A stretch of DNA of 64,000 bases from the human T2T-CHM13v2.0 reference genome, Homo sapiens, in NCBI RefSeq assembly GCF_009914755.1, contig NC_060930.1; one strand, written 5' to 3'. Positions 47,211-63,369 of the stretch are shown in pieces; the first letter of the stretch is position 1, and every line of letters begins with the position of its first letter. The position numbers were made by a program, and so were the translations under genes. The notes under the pieces were generated by a model. That model had not been told where the DNA came from. It did no database searches and saw only the letters and a list, made by a program, of their open reading frames with translations.

Positions 47211-50049
47211 ACTTGAAGAAATTTATTCACAAAACAACGCTGCAAAAATATTTTGAAACTAAAGCTGTTTGTAAATATTTAAGATAGGTTTGTTAGGCTA
47301 AGGTACTGAAGCTTGCTATAGACTGTTTTCCAGAGGAATTTCTAATAATGTGCATTTCCAGCAGGATTTATGATAATGTCATTTCACTGCAGCTTTAGCA
47401 AAAGGGAATATTTAATAATGTTATAGTATGTTGCTAATTGTCTTTTTAAACCATTTTTGAAATTTATATTGAAAAATGCTACATTTGTATATATTTTATC
47501 AAAGTGATAGTTTTTTAGTTATGATTAATAGGTACAAAATTGAAACACTTAAAATGTGTATAATTATACAAAATTTTATAAATGTTTATTAATAGGTTTA
47601 AGAGACCTTTTCCTAAAATATTCTTAGGTCAGAAGAAATGGGATCAAGAACAGATTTGCTTACCTTTCTTCTTGTAGGACTTATGAGAAGATAAGGAGTA
47701 ACAAAAATCAAAATTCTAAGCTCTAACCAAGCTTTGCTTGGTGGGTTTAAACACAGCTCATTCTTGACTATCTTAATTAACATAAAAAATAGTGGGCATA
47801 GTCATAAACAATAAATAGTCAAAAGCTTTCTGTTATTCTCTTAGCTACACGTGATGTAACTTTTCAGGAAATATGCCATATTGTAATAAATGTATTTGCC
47901 TCTGACTATTGAAAATCAGCTGAGTTTGGGAGACACATAAAACATGTTGAATATCTGAAAAAAGTCAGTTTGAATTATAAATAGTTCTGCCAATATGGAT
48001 TATGGATAAAAATAGATTTAGTTTGGCATAGTTCTTTGCCAGTGTGGCTCCTAATGCTAACTTGAAAGAGAAAGACATTGATGAGCTTAACTTGCAGAAA
48101 TTATTTCTTATAGAAGAGTGAAAGTTTATTCTCACCCATACTTATTCTTCCAGACTGTTCAGTGTGACAGTTTTTTCTTTAAGTTCAATCAGACCTTTGG
48201 GCCAATGTCCTTTGTCAACCAGTCAACAATAAAGCTGTTCTCAATCATGAAAAAGGATTTTTTTCCTCATAGGCATTCTTGGGAAAGGGGGAAGTCTTCT
48301 TCAGATTTAAATTATAAATTAGAGAGACATTTCTTCTAGGAATAAAGTGATTTTGTTACTTTCCCCCAAATTAAAAAATATATAAAAGGATAATTTTCTG
48401 AGCTTTTTGATGAAGGGGCTATGAACAAACAGCCTGAATTGTATTTGAGCATATATAAGTAGAGTTCAGCAGAGATAAAATACGACCCTCTGCTTAGGGA
48501 GTTCTCCTTTGTACACTAGTGATTCCAAGCCCTTATCCCAACCTCGTCACCACCTTGACCCCTCTTCCAACTCATTAAGCAAGTGAAGTTCCTACTGGTG
48601 ACAGTTTGAGGCAAATTCCTTAGGTGGTCAGACATGAGATCTCAACATTGTAAAAATTTTACTCTCTAACCTGACTTGCAACTATGATTCTAAGAAAACC
48701 TCCCATAGCTTCTTTTTCAGATAGTTCTTGCACAACTGTCTTTGCCCCTCCCTCCCCTGCTGCTTTCCCCTTCTCATTAAAGCTTTAAGAGCAGCTAAGT
48801 ATGAAGAGGTGCTCCTATTGCTGAAGTTTTATTAGTTTTGTAAAATGCAGTGTGGCATACCCACGCTACCAAGCATTACAAATAAAACTAGAATGTCATT
48901 AGCAAAACTAAATAAAATAAGAATGGTGGAAAGAGCACTATTTCAGGAGTCAAGACATCTATATTCTCATACCTTTCTAATTCACACGACTTGTCATTAA
49001 ACTAGTCATTTAATGAAATGTCTTTGTGCCTCTATTTCCTTTGCTAAAAAAAATGAAGGAGCTGCACTAGCTATGTCCTTTCCAGCTTTAGCCGTCTGTG
49101 CACCTAAATCTGTTCATAAAACTGTCTTTAAAAATTATTTTTTCTTCCCGCCTTCAGTAAGACAGCTTTTGTCAGCCAATAATATTGAATGATTACAATC
49201 TGATTTGCCACAAAACCTGCCACCAAATCTGTTCATAAAAATATTCTTGAAAACTATTTTAGAAAGCCTGTATGCTAATACTTTTCACATCTCCTGCACA
49301 AAAATAGGCAAACAAAGAGTTCCTCTGAATGTGTGTGCTTATTTTATTATTATTATTATTTATTATTTTTTTCAGAGGGCTTATATTATAGAAAAAGTAT
49401 TAAGCAGTAAACTCATTTATAGACATCCTAAGAAGGTCAAATAGAAAATACAATCATAAATAGATTGTCACTACTGCAAAACAATGCAAACTTTCTCCAT
49501 CTACTTGGCTTTCTTGCTCCTTAGACTAAGCAACTGATCAGATATGCTTGTGCAAGTCAGCTATGTTATTTCAAACTATTGCTTTTATACATATTCAAAA
49601 GCCATATTAAATAACAGGAATAAAACAATTATTAATTTCTGATAAAACCCAGAGTGCATTTTTTAGCTTCTTTATAGAAGATTGTTGAGCATTTTGATTT
49701 TGATTCAGAATGTACCTTTGATGACTGACAACTTCACTAATGTTTTCTTGCATTTGATACTTAACCTTAGAAAATTATTTGCATGATAAGTATGTTCTTC
49801 CGAATTTGGCAGCAGAGAACTAATTGTCATTAAATAAATCCACAGTTTTATTTTGAGAATGAAGGAGTTGTTTCTTTCTCTCTAAATGTTGTCATTATTA
49901 TTATTAAACTGTTGGAATGCCAGATATTTGTTGGTAAGAAAACTCAGTTGCTTTAAATACCATCTTGTTTTCAAATAAACTGCTCAAAATGTGTTGGATT
50001 GTATTAATAAAATATATAAATATTTAAATAGGTTTTATAAACAAAGTTG

Positions 50050-50830
50050 ATGTGATCCAATAAATACATAGTAAGGCTCCTATTATGCAAAAGACATTGT
50101 TTCAGGTACCATGTGACATTCAAAAGCAACTCATCAAGGGTTCTTCTTTGGTAAAGCCAAAAATATATAGTTAGAAATAAACCAAGGAAACTGAAACAGC
50201 TATAGCACAAGACAGAATTTAATAAGTGTCAAAGCATAATGTATGATGAGTCAAGACAGAAATCATACTTGGGTGATTGATCATGTAGGACTTCCTGGAA
50301 GAGGTTATTTGAAATGAATGGGTAGTACATCCCTTCAGGAATTGCTATGGGGACAATGTGTTCCAAGGACATGTTAGAAACACTGAAACTGGCCCAGGTT
50401 CTCCTGATATTACTACCTCCACTTAGAACTTGTTCTATACATCACTTACTGCTGGTTGCATTTCTGCCTCAAGAATTCTCCCAAAGATCACTGAGCTTAT
50501 CTACATAGAGAGCAGATATAGAGGAACAGCAAGGGGCTACCTGGAAAGGTAAATGGGACCTACATTATGGAGGGTCTTGAATGCCAAGCTAAATATGGAG
50601 CTGATTCTATGGATGTTGGGAAGCCACTGAGCCTTCAGGGCAGGGTTACTATGTGATCAGCTTTCAACAACAGACTGGCAGGAAGCACAGGATAACTTTA
50701 CCCAGGGAGAGTCCTTAGGGTTCAGAAATTAAGGAGGGATCTTTGAAGACCTGCCCCTGGGTGATGGCAGTGAAAAGTGAAGGAGAAGGACTGGTTAAAA
50801 GAGACAACTAAGGAGAAAACCAGTAACCTC
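50050..50830 (-). mobile_element. L2 LINE fragment
   Basis: aataaatacat…gctcctattatgcaaaagacattg…ggacttcctggaagagg…ggagggtcttgaatgccaagctaa…gggaagccactga. Confidence 0.65.
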
Positions 50831-51599
50831 TATTATATAAGAAATAACTATAGTTTAAGTATTTAATACCATAATGGTTTCCAAAAGTGTTTTTGGAAAT
50901 TTATACCTGCAAAAAATAGAACCAACAAAATACTGTAAAACTCAGGAGTAGCTGAGTAGAAGGCCAAAGAAGGGCTAAAGTGATTCTCTTAACTTTCTCA
51001 TTTATTCTTTTTTGAAAATTTATCAAATAGATTTTGATGTTAACAACTGGCTGAGATCTGATTTTCTAAATTAATTTTGTAATGATTTTTTGGGGGTTTG
51101 AGAAATCAAAAAAATGGTTCATTTCTTAAAAACTCCAAATAATTATTAAAAGTAATTCTAATATAAAAGTTTTTTAAGAGGACTCTAGAATTTATAGCTT
51201 CAGAAAATCAAACTTTCAAAAGTATTTTGTCATATATATTATAGTTAGTGATATTTGGATTTTTTAGTTTCTAGAGCTTTAATTATTGAATTAAATGGAA
51301 ATTAATGTTTTAGAATTTGAAAAGTCACTTAATTTTCATGGGATGTCTAAAAATTTTCCTAAAAATGTAAGGCACTCTATTTGGAAAAACTCAAACATGT
51401 GAATCATAGAAGAATTTTATATTTAAGTAGGTTTACTTTTTATAGCCATTTACTCTCAAACCAGAAGTTGTGCGATTAACAATAAAAATCAAGTTTTCTC
51501 ACACAATCATAGACTTGTTCACTTTGCTACACTGTATAAAGCATGTCCATACATATGTGGAGCCAATAAGGCAAACTGACTAAAGTAAGTGTAACATCA

Positions 51600-53530
51600 T
51601 ATACACAAGAAAAACCCAATACTCCACATAAAATGTTTAAGTTACTGAATCAATAATATAATGATTATTTAAAATATGGATTTATGTGCTTTGAAAAATT
51701 TTCTCTTTTTAAACCAAAATATCTTATTTACACAGAAAAATTACCAAATAAATCAAAATACTGACACCTTACTATAGAGGATTCATCCTGACCCAGGAAA
51801 AAATATGAATTTTTTTTAGGTACAAAATAAGAATTGTGATTTTAAAAAACAGATTAGTGACAAGAGTAGCAACAAACTGAGCACAAAAGCCTACTTACAC
51901 AGTTGTACGATTAACAATAAAAAATCAAGCTTTCTCACACAATCATAGACTTGTTCACTTTGCTACACTGTATAAAGCATGTCCACTATCACAAGAACAA
52001 AAAACCAAACACCGCATATTCCCACTCATAGGTGGGAATTGAACAATGAGAACACATGGACACAGGAAGGGGAACATCACACTCTGGGGACTGTTGTGGG
52101 GTGGGGGGAGTGGGAAGGGATAGCTTTAGGAGATATACCTAATGCTAAATGACGAGTTAATGGGTGCAGCACACCAGCATGGCACATGTATACATATGTA
52201 ACTAACCTGCACATTGTGCACATGTACCCTAAAACTTAAAGTATAGTAATAATAAAATAAAAAATAAGAAAAAGAAATGGGAAACTACTATAGTAATAAA
52301 GATGGTTAATTACTTAAAATAAAAGCATGTCCATATATATGTGGAGCCAATAAGACAAAGAAAACCAAAACAGTTTATTTTTGAATAATAGTATTTGTAG
52401 ATTCCTTGATAACATACCAGGTGACTTGGAGACAATATTGATCTGGAAGATTATAAACCCAAAAGGTTCTCATGGCTGAGTAATGCTAACAACAGCAGTA
52501 ACACTCATTCGAACCCTGAAGAAAAATAATTGGGAGGACCAAATTTGCTCTGCAGAAAGTACCCAAACTACTGAGGTTGAAATAGTCATTTGAAGTAAAT
52601 CATGTGTTATGGTAACACTGCAGAAAGCCTTTACATTCCTTCTGAACATCCTGAGATGTGGTAATATATGGTTTATTCACAAACATGCTCTCATGTATAA
52701 ATGTCCGTCTGTAGATCTGAATTATGCATATGATAACATCAAAATGGCAATCTAATAAAATCCAAGCTTCCACAGTCTTGTCTATTTTCAGATTTTTGCA
52801 AAGTACAAGGAGAATACTTCCTTCGGCTGTTTCACACTTAAATGCATTGGCTGTCCAAAGGAAAAGTTTTGTCAACAGTTTAGAAGCAAGAAAAAAATTG
52901 AAAAAATTGGATAATTTTCACTTTGCAGATTTGCTGTAGTTTTTAGCTTCATGAAATGGCTTACTTAAAAATTTGCAAAAATTATAGGAAATATATTAAT
53001 ATGTAATGACAAAGCAGACATTTCAACTTTAGAAAACTGAGGCTAAAACAATTTGCTACTGGTGTTTAGTTGATACAATAATTTGGATCTTTGCAAAAAC
53101 CTTTTAAGAGCAAGTAACATCTGTGTATTATTGAGGAAACACTTCATGAGTATTTTGAAATGCTTGATTTTAGAAAATATATTAACTGGATTTGAAATTT
53201 CTTGTTGTACAATGAGGACTTTAAGCATTACACTTATCAATGAAAGAAAAAGAAGCTTTAGATTTAAAGGATGAATACACCATTCATGTTTAATTTAAAG
53301 TGTTCAAATAATTTGAGTTCTGCTCAATGGAGGTAAGAGTCTGTGATATGGAGAAAAAGTGATAAATACATTTTTGCTATTTGCTACCTCTTATTCATAT
53401 AAACAAAGTTTCTCACAAATTATTTATCTTAAGAATGTGAAGATAAATCATCATTTGGAAAAAATCTTGATTAGGATATATGCATAACCAAACAAATCAT
53501 AAAACTCTATAATAAAATGTTATGTACACA
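51600..53530 (+). pseudogene. decayed hAT-Charlie (Buster/ZBED5-like) DNA transposon transposase, interrupted by an L1
   Basis: colinear hAT motifs by manual translation: NDYLKYGF (51660), LNNSICRFLDNIPGDLE (52381), WFIHKHAL (52669), IKSKLPQSCLFSDFC (52755), LFHT*MHWLSKGKVL (52827), FLLFATSYSYKQSFSQIIYLK (53371). Confidence 0.85.
51974..52333 (+). mobile_element. short 5'-truncated L1PA2/3-like insertion with ~38-bp 3' transduction
   Basis: TSD aaagcatgtcca at 51974-51985 and 52322-52333; L1 3'UTR 51986-52250; A-rich tail; unique 52278-52315 containing AATAAA; second A tract. Confidence 0.9.
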
Positions 53531-55945
53531 AAAGTAAGATCTAGTTTCTCATTTAAAAATTTGGAAATATTTTATTTGGGAGCTATGTACAAACTCAATA
53601 TTTAATATCCTGCCTAACATTTATGTTTTGCTTTTCATAACAAATCCATATAAGGTAAAGAAAAAATATATATTTTTTTCACCAAACTGCATATAGAAAC
53701 CTCCAAAATCCTCTCTAGTTTACTATGATATGCTGTAGAAATAGAATCATTTAATCTGTGATCGAATATGAGTAAGTCTGACAAGAAATTCCTAGGAAAA
53801 TAAATTTAACTGATTGTTGGGTAAAGTGTGATAAAGCAAATGAAAAACAAGCCCAAGGTAACTCAAAAGTTAAGAATATTACCAAGGAGAAAAATATGTT
53901 GGCTGTAGCTTAACTTGTTTCTTGGTTTGTAAGACTTAAAGAAGCTATGAGAGGAAGCACATCTCGGCAGACATAAGAGTATAAAGATATTCCAAAAGGC
54001 AAACATTCCAAAAGCACTCATCCTTCTCCAAGTTTCTCTAAAGGGGTTCTCAGTGTGCTAATGATGGAAACATGTCCTGGGCATTTGTTGTGGTTTCTTA
54101 TAAAAACCAAGTTATAGATTGTCTGAAGTTGTAGTCAATGACTAAATATTACACAACTTGAGTAAGTTTTGGTGCTTGGGAAAATAGCTTCAAAGTTTCA
54201 CTCTTCTGGGGACTATCTGGGAACAGGAAGGGAAGAAACATGTATATATTCTTAAAATAACCTACATCAATAAATCAACATTCATATTAAATTCCTCAAC
54301 TGAGTGGTGATATGTATCAGAATTTCTGCTAACTGCAGAGATACAAAGATCTTTTTTAAAAATATGCTACTTTAAAATCCCATACAGAAATAGGCCTGAA
54401 GCTTTAAATATGTATTCCAATAACTCATATTTCTTAGAACTACTGTATTTTTTATCTCATGTACTGTTTGAGGGTTTTCCAGGTTCAATATTGTGTGCGT
54501 CAAATTACTCCATATTCCTGTATGTTTCAGAGAGTCTGAAGAGACAAAATAAAATACTTTCCTTTTGATCTAAAATGGCATTTCCTATATAAGAACAAAA
54601 AGCCACAAGAAAGTTTTAAGGCTTCTGCAATTAGCGTATTAAAAAAATTGTACTGCCTAAAACTGACCATAATTTCCAGCGAAACCTTGCCAAATCTACT
54701 GGAAAAGGCAGAGTCAGGAAGAATGTCTATGTGGCTACAAATAACAGCAAAACTCTATGCTATAATACAAATAATAACCTAAGAGTTATTGAAGGCATGA
54801 GAATAACTTATAAAAAGCAATTGTAAAGCATTTTGTAAAATATTATTGCCATTCAAATGTTAAATGATGACAACAGAAGTTCTTCAGGGACTGATAAAAA
54901 GCAAATACTGTTGGAAGAGGAACTATAAGGAAAAAGTAAAGAAAATGGAGCGGATATAAAGACCTCGTAAATTTGAGAGAAAAAAAGACAGTTGTGAGTG
55001 ATAAAAGGAAAAACCTTGCCAATTTTATGTCCAAATCTACCAGAATAAATAGCTCTTTTTTAATTCCAGGGGACCCAAACCCAAATAGGAGAATAAAAGG
55101 TAATCTCTTAAATGTTTATAGAGACATTTTTCACACATATAAGCAAATACAGAAGAAATATATACTAATTGATTCTGTTTTACAGATCATGTAGTACAAT
55201 TAAATTATTTTTAGAGGAATATAAAGTAACAAGGTTCATCATTTCTGCTTAGTCCTAATTAACACCTACAGTGGAACAACCTATAAAAAGAAAGGTAAGA
55301 TGCTCAGCAATCTTCATCACTCGCCCATCAAAACAAGGTCTTTAGAAAAGTGCCTTAATAATCAAAACTTGTTTCCTAAAAAACCAAACCTTTATAGAAA
55401 AATGATGATAATGATGATGATGTTGAATTCTTAACAGAGTATGCTTAATTCTTCTAACTTTTCTTTTAGCTCTTGAGTAATTTAATCTGTAAATTACCTG
55501 CAAAACCAATAGCATGAGTAGTGCTCTCCGAAACTGGTATATTTAATCAAAATGAAGAATAAAGAAAGGGTGCTTATGTAAATCAGACACAGGTTTTGCC
55601 AATTCTGCAGAATGGATTCCTTATTCTTTTCTGCCCTATTTGGAACTAGTATGTTCCTAATTATTGCTGTTTAGCGTCTTAGGAAGAGAAAAAGGAATAA
55701 AACATGAATGATGCTAGAATGTTCTCTAATGAAAATTAATTGCTTTTTAAAAAAAGACTCAGATAATAGGAATAGGATCAAAAGATATTTTTGTTTTACT
55801 TGACTGTTTTTATTCATTTTACAGTAGTCATCTTCCAGGAAGCAAGACTTACCACCAATAACTAATGGGGGCCAGTCTTGGAGAATCAAGGTTCATCCAA
55901 TGTTTAGGTTGTGTATTCAACACTCCCATGTTTTATCTAGCTCAC

Positions 55946-56069
55946 TTTTGTCTGTGGAGTCTGAGAGTGAGAGACTAGCTCACTCTCCTCTGTAGAGTCT
56001 GAGTTATCTTGTTTAGATTTTATGTCGACTACCTTAAAGGGTGACTGCAGAATCCTCATTTCCCACATG
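55946..56069 (-). other. candidate 124-nt internal exon
   Basis: ~70-nt polypyrimidine tract ending ttcttcatag| and donor AAA|gtgagc; only one frame open (MWEMRILQSPFKVVDIKSKQDNSDSTEESELVSHSQTPQTK). Confidence 0.35.
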
Positions 56070-56669
56070 CTATGAAGAAAAAAATGATACAAAAAAAGGA
56101 AGGGGAATGAAAGAAGTAGAAGAGGGAAAGAGAGAAAAAGAATCAAAGAGATATTCTCCTACACAGTCTGCCCTTGAAGAAAACATCTGCCTAAATGTTT
56201 TGTGCTGAGAATGACCTGTTAACATGATCTGAAGTTAGAGCAGTTAGGACTGGGGGGAGGGGAGAAGTGCACACTTGGAGAAAATTGAGAAACAAATGTG
56301 AGGGATAAAATTATGTTTCTCCAAAAAGTACAATATATAAATGCTATTGTCAGAAAAATAAGGGTAAAAAGGAAAGGAAAACGTACATACATATAGGCAG
56401 AAATTATAAAGATTGGGGTTTAAACTTAGGAAAAATTGTACTAGCTGAAAAATCGCCAAACCAAAACTATGAAATCAGTGGGCCTGAAAGAGGAGGCATG
56501 TACAAAGTAGAATAAGGACAGCGTGATGTTTTGGTGCTTTTATCCAATGGAGAAAATTTGCTTGACCCAGTTTTGAGATAATCTCACCTTATTTTCTCAG
56601 ACTTACTAGTACAAAACTTGGTCTAGAATGATCTCTGAGGGTGCTATATTACAGACCTTCCATACTAAA

Positions 56670-56910
56670 AATTGCTGTCAAAATTTACTGAGCATGTACT
56701 GCATGCTTGGCACTGTCCTGAAAAGTGTGCAGCTAATTGCAATTCTGTGCTGTAAGTACTATGTTCATTTCCATTTTGTACATAGAAAAATTGAAGCACA
56801 AAGTTTCATCACCTGCCCAAGCTCACAAAGAAAGTAAGTGGTGGAAGTGGGAATCTAATTTAGGCCAGCTAACTCCCAAGCCCCCTAGTTTAATCACAAC
56901 ACAGTATGTT
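56670..56910 (-). mobile_element. MIR SINE
   Basis: atttactgagcatgtactgcatgcttggcactgtcct…ccattttgtacatagaaaaattgaagcacaaag…acctgcccaag. Confidence 0.75.
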
Positions 56911-57929
56911 GACCTTTTCATAATGATGTTTAAGTTACTTATCTGAAATGATTTCTAACGAGTAAAGGAGATTGGTATAAAGTGATCGCTCATTTTAATT
57001 CAAGCATAGAAATGGCAGGCATTGGGTTAGATTCTGGGTCCAAAAAAGAACAAAATCCAGTTACTGTGCTCCTAAATATTAAAGCCTGGTAGAATCCTCA
57101 CAACAGGAATGAGAATGTCAAGGAGTGTAGATGCAATACTGTGTGATAGGAAAGGTTGTAATAGTGAAGTACTCAAGTCTGAAGCAGTGAAGTATAGGCC
57201 TCAGAAACTACAACAGAGGAAAAGTGGAACAGCTTTTCCCACTACAAGTAGACACACTAAACCTTGCAATAACGTAGGCACTCCTGGGCAGATTAGAACT
57301 ACTCTTCTTTCTGTGAGCCTTCTAATCATTCCAGAGCTAAAATATAGCCCTTCAAGAATGTTTCAGATGTGCAAATAAGTCCATGTAGTCAGTCAAAAGA
57401 ATGAAGAAGCATCTGTGTTCAGTCCACTTAGTTGAAATTTACTGACATTATGAAAATATTAGGAAAACCTATCAATGATAAAGAATCATGCTCAGCATAA
57501 TAAAGATGCATTAATAAAAGCATTGGGGAATGGGGTGGAGAAGTGGGTTGAAGATTAAAGCCAAGCCAAAATATGAATGGGATGTTGCTGCAAGATTAAG
57601 AGGGTCTTTGGTATTATAAGGAAAGAAAATTAGGGCAAGTTAATTTATGGAAAGACAGTGAAAACAAAATTGTCCCTTATGTCATCTAAGTTTGGATTTG
57701 CTATTTTTTTATTACCTTTTAAAGATTTATAATAAGAAAAATGCAATGGAGAAATTAAGAATCATTAGGATGTAATGATGAGTTTCAAAGACAGCCCTAA
57801 TGAAAAGCAGAAATATTTGAAAACAAAAATCCCCAAATCATATTTCTGTTTAAAATTTATAGTAATACTCTGATTCTTTAAAATCCACTGAGCTGCAATA
57901 TGTGCTTATATTGGCTGTTGAATTATGAT

Positions 57930-58250
57930 TTAAATGTATGCTATATTAAGGAGGTAAAATATTTGTTGCCTTACATGAAAAAAATTTAATTGTGGAAAAT
58001 GGAGGAAAGTCAGAAGATTGAAGACACAAAATAGTAATCATTGAAATCTACTGTACTGTTTTAAAAAAGGAATATGCATATACTTTCATATATCCAACTT
58101 GGATAAAATACGTGCGAGCAAAATACACCAAAATGTTAACAGAGTAATCTCTGCAATGTGATTGCAGGCATTTTTTTCTTTTTTCTTTATACTTCTCTTG
58201 ATTTTTCAGTTTCTATAATGAGCTAGTACTACTTTTATAATTAGAAAAAG
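57930..58250 (+). mobile_element. ancient L1ME-like 3' end
   Basis: aatacaccaaaatgttaacagagtaatctctg…tttctataatgagc…tacttttataattagaaaaa. Confidence 0.55.
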
Positions 58251-58724
58251 GCCATGTTATGTTAAAATAGACTTCTGTCTATGTTCTAGAAGAAGTGAAT
58301 TGTATAATAATAAATTAGACATCAATTAAAAACACAAATCATTAGCAGTATACAGCCAGAGTTTACAAAGAACAACTTAAACCATACAAACTTCATAACT
58401 TCTTTTGGCTTGAACTCTAAGATTCAGCAGATGTTATACTGGAATTTTAGTAAAGGACATGGTATAGTCTCCCGAGATTTTACTGACAGATGAATTTAAA
58501 TCTGTTTGGATCAGAGAAACTGCACTTGGTTGAAAAACAAGGCTGTAGGTCTGTAAACAAAAGGAAGTGATGACCTGATCAAGGGAAGAGGCTAATGAAA
58601 AAGCCATAGTGTCAATCAGCAACCAGCCATAGAGAACAGAGGCATAGCCTAGATGGCACATGGAGTATTTAAGATGGTAAAAGGCTCTGGTAGGGAGAAA
58701 AAATGGCAAGATGGCAGGGAGAAG

Positions 58725-58860
58725 TAATGATTATTAAGCACCTGCTTCATGTGAAAATTGTGCTAGTCTTTGGTGTATTGCTCTCTTGTACTGTGTGAAC
58801 AACATCTCTACAAGTTAGGAATTCTTTCCGATTAACAGATGAGGAAATTAAGAGTAAAAA
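58725..58860 (-). mobile_element. MIR fragment
   Basis: ttattaagcacctgct…ccgattaacagatgaggaaatta. Confidence 0.55.
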
Positions 58861-60109
58861 AAGACATTAAATGTAACAAATAGTAAATACTGACAGATAC
58901 AGCAACTTACCTATTTAGTTAAATGTGATCTGAAAAATAAAATCTATCAATAGTGAGTTCCTAGTAAGCATTAAAAAAAAAAAAACCAGAGAAATTACTG
59001 TGCTAAACATTGACAGAAGTGTACTATGTAACATGAAAGGAAAAACCCAAGGGTTTTTGCTTTTTGTTTTTTAAATTTTTTGAATTTCGACTTCACATAT
59101 TACATTTAATAACATGGGGGATACAAGGACAATTAGTTTGCCCCTCTCTCGATAAGTATAGTGAAATTATGGCCGGGATATTGTATCTCATTATGATAGA
59201 TTTATTCCAGCAAAGACAATAAGGTCCATAAAAATGTTAAGGTATTGTCTGTGGAGATCCTGACTAAATGTTGACTAGGATGAGTCATAGCATAGCTGAA
59301 ATGCATAAGCACTTGGAGGAAATGATGGGGTTTGATCTAAACAGGATAAGTAGAATAAAAGTAAGGAAAGGAAGAAGCATAGGTCAAATATCAATAAAAA
59401 CTTTCCAACAGTGGAAACTATCAAAACCAGAAGATTTGTTCCCAAAGGAGATTCATATTTTGGAAGATTTAATATTTGACTGAGTAAACATGAAAAAATA
59501 ACTAATCGAGAACAGTTCTCAATTTTATGCTTCTATAGATTCATTTGTAAATAAACTGTTGAGCAATGATGTCCCATTTATTCATCAGCATTAGGGAACA
59601 AACTGTTCTGTAGAAGTCAGTTCCCCAGATGTTGCAGGACTTGCAACAGCTACAGATTTTTGAAAAAATTTCAACTTATTTAATGGGAAATTATTTAAAT
59701 TGCGTTACTCAGATCCTTGGCTTCTTCAACATTCCAATTCAGAATTACGATATGAGATAGCAGAACTATGTGTGGAAAGCCTCCTGGAACATGGGCTCAG
59801 GACAAGCAGAGTCCCAGTCTTAGTTCAAGTAGAAAGTAGCTATGACCGTGAAGGTCATTTATCCTTCTGGTCCATATATTTTTTTAAATATACAACTATA
59901 AATAAAAGTATGGGGAAAATGATCTCATTCACATGTGCACATGTTTTTCTTTGATGGGTAGGTAATAAGAAGCTGAATATGTGGGTAAAAGGGATTTTAG
60001 CATTCTAAAGTTATATTTATGATAACCAGAACTTATTCACTTATTCTGTGTGTAATTAAACATAAATACACTTTTATCCACCATTGCTCAATTGATCCCA
60101 TTTTTAAGA

Positions 60110-63350
<3,241 letters not shown>

Positions 63351-63369
63351 GATCTTTCTTGCAATACAG

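Noticed and set aside
48136-48335. Possible minus-strand exon (cctag| … |gtgaga)
   Set aside because: Weak acceptor and stop codons; no other support.
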